From: a virus
Lineage: Duplodnaviria; Caudoviricetes
Direction: 5' to 3' (one strand)
IMG/VR virus record: IMGVR_UViG_3300017754_002477
Coordinates: 1 to 39,312 of that record
Length of the DNA stretch: 39,312 nt
Part shown: in pieces, positions 33,606 to 39,312 of the stretch
Layout of the letters: each line of letters begins with the position of its first letter
Numbering within the stretch: position 1 is the stretch's first letter
Program-made: the position numbers and the translations under genes
The notes under the pieces: generated by a model
Databases searched by the model: none
Told to the model about the DNA's origin: nothing
Seen by the model: only the letters and a program-made list of their open reading frames with translations

Positions 33606-33778
33606 CCGACGCGCCGCAGAAAATACGGCTTTGCGATGTCCAGCACCATTTCGGCATCCACTCGACCACTGCCCGCCGATGGGCCGCTAAGGGACTGGTC
33701 AAGATATACAAACTGGGGCGGCTGTCGTTCATCGACGTGGCTGAGTTGAACGCGCTAATCGAAAAGGGGGATGGGTGA
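33602..33778 (+). CDS. xis: Excisionase / MerR-like HTH recombination directionality factor
   Basis: Translated by hand: MTDAPQKIRLCDVQHHFGIHSTTARRWAAKGLVKIYKLGRLSFIDVAELNALIEKGDG; near attP. Confidence 0.75.
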   Translation: MTDAPQKIRLCDVQHHFGIHSTTARRWAAKGLVKIYKLGRLSFIDVAELNALIEKGDG

Positions 33779-34100
33779 AAGGATGACGGATGCAGAAGAG
33801 GATTATTGGTATGTGCGCTTGACGGTATTTGCCTTTGACACAAAAGAACAGGCTGCGAAGTATCAAGACGCCTTGATAGATGCGTTCTGCGCCATGCCAG
33901 AAAGTGCTCAATACGGGTCAAGCTGCCGCCACTACCACGCCAGCGAAGAGATCGACTGGGCAGCGTTTCGCGCCATCAAGGCTGAACGTGACGAGATGCT
34001 TAGCTTGTTGATAGAAGCACGAGCCTTTGTAGCTGAGCGCGATGAACTGCGCGCCAAAATACAGCAGTTGCGGGCGCTTATCGAAAAGGGGGATGCGTGA
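33771..34100 (+). CDS. Hypothetical protein
   Basis: ORF flanked by a 27-bp imperfect direct repeat. Confidence 0.65.
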   Translation: MGERMTDAEEDYWYVRLTVFAFDTKEQAAKYQDALIDAFCAMPESAQYGSSCRHYHASEEIDWAAFRAIKAERDEMLSLLIEARAFVAERDELRAKIQQLRALIEKGDA

Positions 34101-34471
34101 TGGATGCGCCGGAACTTATCAGCCTGCGCCGAAAACTACACACTGGCCAACTTCTTTCGCGCTACGAAGATTGGGTCATTCTTGACGCTCTCACTTCGCT
34201 ACAGGCCGAAGTGGAACGCCTGCGCGCCGATCTACGCGAAGCCGCGATGCAAGCCCTTGCCGACGCGGGACAGGCGCAACTGGCCTATGAGGCGCAATTG
34301 AAGGCAGAAGCCGAGGCGGCGACGTATCGCGGCAAATACTGGTCGTTGTGCCAACGCCTCGCCAGCGATGAACGCTCAAGGTTCTCCGACAATTCCATAT
34401 GGCCGGAAGTGACGGAAGTTGCCGCCGTCATCGCAAGTGGGGGTAAATCGGGGGGCAGCAATGCCCCTTGA
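34097..34471 (+). CDS. Hypothetical coiled-coil protein
   Basis: Coupled ORF; its 3' end runs into the attP arm sites. Confidence 0.65.
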   Translation: MMDAPELISLRRKLHTGQLLSRYEDWVILDALTSLQAEVERLRADLREAAMQALADAGQAQLAYEAQLKAEAEAATYRGKYWSLCQRLASDERSRFSDNSIWPEVTEVAAVIASGGKSGGSNAP

Positions 34472-34666
34472 TGCACAAAAGCCTTGCATTGCAATGGTTT
34501 ACGCCGGAAAATGGTGCGGATGAAAGGCACCACGCTAGCGGTGCATGACGCAGCATGAGCGCGCATTCGACCCTTGATAACGCAAGGACTTAGGGCGTTG
34601 ACTGTCGCATGAGAGAGCAACAGGCTCCACAAAAGCGCGCCCCAATGTGGGGGTAAAGTGGGGGAT
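34437..34666. mobile_element. attP: tRNA-3'-end core with integrase arm-type repeats
   Basis: 34512-34527 reverse complement CCTTTCATCCGCACCA (tRNA-Leu-like acceptor end with CCA); GTGGGGGTAAA at 34437 and 34647, each followed by a variant copy. Confidence 0.75.
34598..34626 (+). promoter_or_regulatory. Putative promoter on the int side of attP
   Basis: TTGACT-N17-CAGGCT. Confidence 0.4.
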
Positions 34667-34674
34667 AGAAAGGG

Positions 34675-34956
34675 ATGACGATGACACACGTTGACTGCTT
34701 CACATCGCTGGACGCCGTGCCAAAGAAAAAACAAGGCGACATGGCTACAGTCTTGCGGGTTCTTCACAAGGTCGGGCGATTCTCGATTTGGGACGCAACT
34801 GAAAACGACAGGATTGCCTCGACCATGACGCTCATTGTTCAAGGCGGTTATATCGAGCCAGACCCCGTGACGCCGTTTCCTTGGACAAAGGCAATTCTGA
34901 CACCAAAGGGCCTCGCCGCTGCTGGCCTGTCCCCCAAGGAGCCACGCCATGACTGA
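34675..34956 (+). CDS. Hypothetical protein, possible winged helix
   Basis: 93-aa ORF ending 'AILTPKGLAAA..PKEPRHD'. Confidence 0.7.
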   Translation: MTMTHVDCFTSLDAVPKKKQGDMATVLRVLHKVGRFSIWDATENDRIASTMTLIVQGGYIEPDPVTPFPWTKAILTPKGLAAAGLSPKEPRHD

Positions 34957-35374
34957 CCACCTCGCCGCCGTCATAGCGGCTGTGTATGCGGACGCTGCGT
35001 CTTTTGTTGAGATGCGGGCCGAGGACGAAAGAGATCGCTACACCCGAGGCGAACTTTTCGACGCATTTAATGCCATCGAACGACGCGCCGCCGCCGTCTC
35101 AGCCGATCCCGCGCTTCTGGGGCTGGCCGCACTGTCGCAGGCCGCGCCCGACCTTGCCCGCCAGTGCCTCGCCGCAGAGGCTCGCAACCGCTGCCTTGAA
35201 GCTGAAATTGCGGAACTGGTGAAGGTGAACGCCGAACTCAAGGCAAGCGTTTGGTCCAATGTCCGCCAAGTCCTGCACAGCAAGACTGACTCCGAGATTT
35301 CTGGCGCTATGCAGGCCGAAATTGAAAGAGCCATCGTGAAGGCATTTGCGCCAAAGGAGATGCGCCATGACTGA
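34949..35374 (+). CDS. Hypothetical protein
   Basis: AAGGAG SD, ATGACTGA overlap. Confidence 0.7.
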   Translation: MTDHLAAVIAAVYADAASFVEMRAEDERDRYTRGELFDAFNAIERRAAAVSADPALLGLAALSQAAPDLARQCLAAEARNRCLEAEIAELVKVNAELKASVWSNVRQVLHSKTDSEISGAMQAEIERAIVKAFAPKEMRHD

Positions 35375-35579
35375 AGCAGAACGGAAAGCATGGGAAGCGG
35401 GGCGGGATGCGGCGGCTGCATGGCATGACGAGCGTGAGGCTGATGAGCTTGCCAGGTCGCAACAATACAGGGGCGGATCAAATCCGTGGTTTGCCCACCG
35501 TATGAATGCCAAGGGGCACAGTGAATCTGCTGCTGATATCCGCGCCCTCACCCCACCCGAGGAGACACGCCATGACTGA
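35367..35579 (+). CDS. Hypothetical protein (70 aa)
   Basis: AAGGAG SD, ATGACTGA overlap. Confidence 0.65.
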   Translation: MTEAERKAWEAGRDAAAAWHDEREADELARSQQYRGGSNPWFAHRMNAKGHSESAADIRALTPPEETRHD

Positions 35580-36042
35580 AATTGCAGAACGACTCGGGTC
35601 CCTTGGCCCGACCTGTCGTCATTTCAAAGGTCGATTTTTTCTGACTTGCGACGGTGAAGGGCGGGAAGCCTGCGACAAGGGCTACCCGATCAGAAAGATC
35701 GTTATAGCCGCAAATGGCGGCAGCGAGACCGGAATAGCCTTCATGCTTCCGTGCCGTCCAGGCCCGGAAAGGAAGGCCACATGCCAGCACTATGACGCCA
35801 AAACCCCCGAGGAAGTCGCAGAGGATAAGCGGCGCACCGGCGAAATGATGCGGCAGGCCATGAAGCTGATGGCGGCTGCTTCAGGCTGGAAAAGCAAGAT
35901 GCTTGTAGAGAAACGGGCAAGCGCAGTTGAGGATTGCCCTTCGTGCGGAGGCGTCCAGACCGTGAGCGTGTCGATCGCTCTTGGTTACAACAACCACATG
36001 GCCTGCCAGTGCAAGGAATGCGGCGCGGGGTTTCGGGAATGA
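35572..36042 (+). CDS. Cys-rich putative zinc-binding protein
   Basis: GAGGAG SD; CPSC...CKEC plus five N-terminal Cys. Confidence 0.7.
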   Translation: MTEIAERLGSLGPTCRHFKGRFFLTCDGEGREACDKGYPIRKIVIAANGGSETGIAFMLPCRPGPERKATCQHYDAKTPEEVAEDKRRTGEMMRQAMKLMAAASGWKSKMLVEKRASAVEDCPSCGGVQTVSVSIALGYNNHMACQCKECGAGFRE

Positions 36043-36263
36043 CCGACTGTACGATCATCACCACACGCGCCGTTGTGTCATCGGTGACAATGACGCTGGT
36101 TTGCGAGTGCGGGGATAATACCGCGCACGAAGTCGACTTCGACACGGATGATTTCGGGTGGGTCGTGCCGGTTGAAGACCGCTTTATCCTCTGTGATGTC
36201 TGCGAGCGTGTCATTGATGCTGGCTTCACCTTGGCGTTGGACCCGATTGAGGACGCACCCTGA
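36039..36263 (+). CDS. Small acidic zinc-ribbon protein
   Basis: ATGA overlap; CECG ... CDVC. Confidence 0.6.
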   Translation: MTDCTIITTRAVVSSVTMTLVCECGDNTAHEVDFDTDDFGWVVPVEDRFILCDVCERVIDAGFTLALDPIEDAP

Positions 36264-36296
36264 TGCCCATACCCGCCCCACCCGAGGAGACACGTC

Positions 36297-36527
36297 ATGA
36301 CTGCTGATCTGCGCACGATGCCATCCAGCGTTAATGAATCTCTCTGGCAGATGTTCAAGGACGGCCCGACGTGGGACGGGAACCTCGTCAGCAAGGCAGC
36401 CCGCACATGGCTGGTCGAGAACGGGCTGGCGTTCCGCGCCAAGGGTTACAACGCCCTAACCGAAAAGGGCCTTGAAATGGGCGTCAGCCTTGGCATGTGT
36501 GAGCGCAAAGATCGAGTGCCACAATGA
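36297..36527 (+). CDS. Hypothetical protein, possible winged helix
   Basis: GAGGAG SD; 'GPTWDGNLVSKAARTWLVENGLA...ALTEKG'. Confidence 0.7.
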   Translation: MTADLRTMPSSVNESLWQMFKDGPTWDGNLVSKAARTWLVENGLAFRAKGYNALTEKGLEMGVSLGMCERKDRVPQ

Positions 36528-36587
36528 CCGCCGCCCTTGCCGCATACGACGCCGCATCGCAAACTGGCCCCAAAACGGGGGTGGGCG

Positions 36588-37745
36588 ATGCGCAACAAGC
36601 TAACGGCGGTCGGGATCAAGAATGCGGCTGACGGGCGGCACTTTGACGGGGCGGGCCTCTGGCTGCACAAGTCAGGCGACGGCGGGCGGTGGGTCTGGCG
36701 CTACACGCGACTTGGCAAGCGCCGCGAAATGGGGCTTGGCAGTCTGTCGGATACAACGCTTGCAGAGGCGCGAAAACGCCGCGACCAGTGGCAAGCCGTG
36801 CTAGCCGGGGGTGATGACCCTATCGACCGGAGGACCGCCCTGGAAGCCGCTGAGAAGGCCGCTCGCACGGTCAGGCACCCGACACTAGAGGAAATGGCGC
36901 TGGAGGTGTATGAAGCCAAGAAACCGACACTGCGGGGTGATGGCGAGCGGGGGCGATGGTATAGCCCCTTGCGCCTTTACGTCATTCCCAAACTGGGAAG
37001 AAAGGCGATGCGGGATATCACAGCCGCCGATATACGCGACACGCTCAAGCCGATCTGGAAAGCCAAGCACCCGACAGCCGAGAAGGCGCTACAGCGGACC
37101 CACATCATATTCCGTCAGGCCAGACTTGAAGGGATAGACTGCGATCCTTTCATGGTGGACCAAGCCAGACACATGCTAGGCCATGTTGTCCACCAGCCCG
37201 CGCATATCGTCGCCACGCGATGGCAGGACGTGCCCGCCCTGTATGCAAGGCTACCGCATAGCGCGGCGGGTCTGTGCCTGCGCTGGATGATCCTGACACA
37301 AGTGCGGCTGGATGGTTGCCGGGGGGCGCGGTTCTGCGAAATTGAGGGGGATGTGTGGACCGTGCCGCCGGATCGCATCAAGGGCCAGGAAGGCAAGGTT
37401 AAGCCGTTCCGCGTTCCTGTCACACAAGAAGCCAGTCGTGTGGCAAAGCTGGCGCGTGAGTATTCGAGCGACTACCTTTTCCCGTCATATCGGGAAGGTC
37501 GCCCGATCACGTCAACGGCTGTAGAGAAGGCGCTAAACGTGATGGGTGAGGCGGGCCGTCCGCATGGGTTCCGCACGTCATTCAGGGCTTGGGTGCAGGA
37601 CACCGGGGCCACAACCTATGACGTGGCCGAGACGATCCTTGGGCACCAGATCGGGGGTAAGGTAGAGCGTGCGTATGCGCGTTCGGACATCCTAGAGCAG
37701 AGGCGAATTGTTATGGAAAAATGGGCAGAATGGGTGACGGGATGA
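36588..37745 (+). CDS. int: Tyrosine integrase, P4-like with N-terminal arm-binding domain
   Basis: 'KLTA...DGAGLWL...W.WRY...KRREMGLG..TLAEAR'; catalytic R (QVR), K, HGFR, LGH, Y (RAY). Confidence 0.93.
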   Translation: MRNKLTAVGIKNAADGRHFDGAGLWLHKSGDGGRWVWRYTRLGKRREMGLGSLSDTTLAEARKRRDQWQAVLAGGDDPIDRRTALEAAEKAARTVRHPTLEEMALEVYEAKKPTLRGDGERGRWYSPLRLYVIPKLGRKAMRDITAADIRDTLKPIWKAKHPTAEKALQRTHIIFRQARLEGIDCDPFMVDQARHMLGHVVHQPAHIVATRWQDVPALYARLPHSAAGLCLRWMILTQVRLDGCRGARFCEIEGDVWTVPPDRIKGQEGKVKPFRVPVTQEASRVAKLAREYSSDYLFPSYREGRPITSTAVEKALNVMGEAGRPHGFRTSFRAWVQDTGATTYDVAETILGHQIGGKVERAYARSDILEQRRIVMEKWAEWVTG

Positions 37746-37936
37746 CGGATCAAGAACGTGACACTATCAGCAATGTCTTGGGCGCTGTGTCTGGGGCTAT
37801 CGGGATTTGGCCCCAGAAGCATCCGGCAGCGGGGATGGTAATGGGGATTCAAGAGCAATCGGACCAGACTTATGAGAGGTTAAAATCTGCTCAAGGAGCC
37901 TTGCTCAAAATGCTTCTCAAGGAGCCGACGCCATGA
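37742..37936 (+). CDS. Hypothetical protein (64 aa)
   Basis: ATGA overlaps at both ends. Confidence 0.6.
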   Translation: MTDQERDTISNVLGAVSGAIGIWPQKHPAAGMVMGIQEQSDQTYERLKSAQGALLKMLLKEPTP

Positions 37937-38319
37937 CCCGGCTTGATGCGCTACGGGCGCTACTGGAACAGGTGGAGGCGGGGACGGCAACAGGCGACCC
38001 CAACGGATGGGCCGTGCCGCGTGAGCAGTCGCAGCTAATCACGCTCGCGCTTGGCGATGACGACGAGATATGGGCAAACTTCGTCGCCGCCCATGACGGC
38101 TCAATCGACGCCGCCAAGGCGCTGCATGAGGTGGTCTTGCCGGGGTGGAATTTCTCTGTATTCCGCAATATCGCATCTGTGTCGCAGACAGCCTTGCACG
38201 ATGTCGGCTACCTAACAGCGGAACATATCGGTGAGGCCGACAACCCCGCCCGCGCATGGTTGCTGGCGATACTGCGGGCGCTTCTCGAAGAACGTGTTAA
38301 CGAAACCGCAGATCGTTAA
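37933..38319 (+). CDS. Hypothetical protein, phage ABA-sandwich-like
   Basis: 'SIDAAKALHEVVLPGW...NPARAWLLAILRAL'; AAGGAG SD. Confidence 0.65.
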   Translation: MTRLDALRALLEQVEAGTATGDPNGWAVPREQSQLITLALGDDDEIWANFVAAHDGSIDAAKALHEVVLPGWNFSVFRNIASVSQTALHDVGYLTAEHIGEADNPARAWLLAILRALLEERVNETADR

Positions 38320-38325
38320 CACGTT
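38291..38325. terminator. Perfect 13-bp inverted repeat between convergent operons
   Basis: AACGTGTTAACGA-N9-TCGTTAACACGTT. Confidence 0.5.
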
Positions 38326-38346
38326 GCCCGCGTCATGTTAACGCCG

Positions 38347-38568
38347 TCACTTCAGCGTCAAGCGCCGATGCGGGTTAGCCCGCTCGCGCAAGGCCAACAC
38401 AGCGGCCACGCCAGACACAACCTGCATGATGGTGTCAACGGTAGCGGGGTCAGTCACCCAAGGCCAGTTGATGCCGAGAAGCGGCAGGATAGAGCCGACA
38501 AACGCTGTGACGGTCAGCCAGAATGAACGCGCCTGCCAGATCGGCAGCGGGGGGAGTTGGTCGGACAT
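38347..38568 (-). CDS. Putative holin (2 TM, basic C-terminus)
   Basis: 'WQARSFW' then two hydrophobic segments; RERANPHRR tail; right after the endolysin. Confidence 0.7.
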   Translation of the reverse strand: MSDQLPPLPIWQARSFWLTVTAFVGSILPLLGINWPWVTDPATVDTIMQVVSGVAAVLALRERANPHRRLTLK

Positions 38569-38577
38569 GGGGGTTTC

Positions 38578-39288
38578 CTATGCTTCGTTGGTTGACAGAA
38601 GGACGCCGCCCGGTGAGGCACGGCGGGTGATGCCCAGAGGCGTTGCGTAGGCCGTCCAGCGCGCCCATAGCAAGCGGGTCTTGGCAATCCGGGTGACAGA
38701 CACCGAGTCAGATTGATTGCCGCCCAGGACGTGAAATGCCGTGTCATCTTCGGCCCAATAAAACCCGACATGGCCTTGCCACCCGGCTTTTGACCCGCGC
38801 CAGAAAACAAGGGTCGCGCCGAATTGAGGGGAACAGCTTTGCCCGTAGGTGAGCCAGTTGCGCGCCCCGAGCGGATTCGACGGGATAGGATCATTCGGCA
38901 GACCCGTGCGGATGCAATGCGCCACAAACAGCCCGCACCACGGCACGCCATCGTTGGGGTAAGCTATGCCCAGATCATCGGCCCAATCCATGATGATGGG
39001 GCTGGATGGTGCGCCGGGGGCTTCCCGTGTGCCGCGCAGGCGTTCCGCCTCTACCAGCCACGGCATATCGAGCGGCACCGATTCAGCGGGCTTAGGCGGG
39101 CGCGCCGCTGGCCCAAACAGGACGCCGCGTGTGGCAGGTCCGACAATGCCGTCAGGCTTCAGGCCGTTGGCAAGCTGAAACTCGATTACAGCGGCACGGG
39201 TGCGCGGCCCCCATGCTCCGTCTACCGGGCCGGGATCAAAGCCCATGGACACCAGCCGCGCCTGCATAGCGCGCACATCATAGGTCAT
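38578..39288 (-). CDS. Endolysin: PG-binding domain + NlpC/P60-like (TIGR02594-type) peptidase
   Basis: 'PGPVDGAWGPRTRAAVIEFQ..NGLKPDGIVGPAT'; catalytic 'PWCGLFV' and 'GHVGF', 'LGGNQSD'. Confidence 0.9.
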   Translation of the reverse strand: MTYDVRAMQARLVSMGFDPGPVDGAWGPRTRAAVIEFQLANGLKPDGIVGPATRGVLFGPAARPPKPAESVPLDMPWLVEAERLRGTREAPGAPSSPIIMDWADDLGIAYPNDGVPWCGLFVAHCIRTGLPNDPIPSNPLGARNWLTYGQSCSPQFGATLVFWRGSKAGWQGHVGFYWAEDDTAFHVLGGNQSDSVSVTRIAKTRLLWARWTAYATPLGITRRASPGGVLLSTNEA

Positions 39289-39312
39289 GTCGGTTCCTGT
39301 TGATTGTGGGGG
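39190..39312. repeat. Terminal direct repeat copy 2
   Basis: Identical to 1-123. Confidence 0.95.

Noticed and set aside
34512-34527. tRNA gene
   Set aside because: Only 16 nt of a 3' end are present, with no D or anticodon arm; treated as the att core.
34931-36303. CRISPR array or true integron
   Set aside because: The spacers are whole genes of 200-700 bp, the repeats are degenerate and non-palindromic, there are no cas genes or attC structures, and the integrase is P4-type.
38297-38341. CtrA boxes (TTAA-N7-TTAA)
   Set aside because: The TTAA spacings are 15 and 18 nt.
39190-39312. 123-bp end repeat as a biological terminal repeat
   Set aside because: It cuts through the endolysin coding sequence and is far from terS; an assembler overlap is the simpler explanation.

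Overview
The window is a complete temperate phage genome. Bases 1-123 repeat exactly at 39190-39312, which gives a 39,189-bp circle. It is a GC-rich, short-tailed (podovirus-type) phage, most likely of an Alphaproteobacterium (probably Rhodobacteraceae). A cro/cI switch at ~30.1-31.0 kb has three 18-bp operator-like palindromes. The minus-strand early operon holds a PAPS-reductase-like protein, RusA, an SSB-like protein, a RepB-type primase/AAA_25 helicase with an adjacent iteron origin, a Dcm-like protein and a NusG paralog. The late operon runs ParB-MTase, terminases, portal, an RcGTA-type spike base, scaffold, capsid, tail adaptor/nozzle, GNAT, ejection proteins, an S74 fibre, an SGNH esterase and a lysis region that wraps across the contig ends. 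The plus-strand operon carries DUF6948, a GYG-repeat gene, xis, an attP matching a tRNA-Leu 3' end, small genes joined by near-identical junctions, and a P4-type integrase. The top candidates for novelty are three. (1) A three-part, GTA-like capsid spike: base, stand-alone IGLGLG/Trp-repeat adaptor and SGNH esterase. (2) An antisense-RNA/leader-peptide switch in front of the lysis region. (3) A cassette-like gene array between attP and int. Family calls come from motifs recognised by eye and from gene order; no searches were run.
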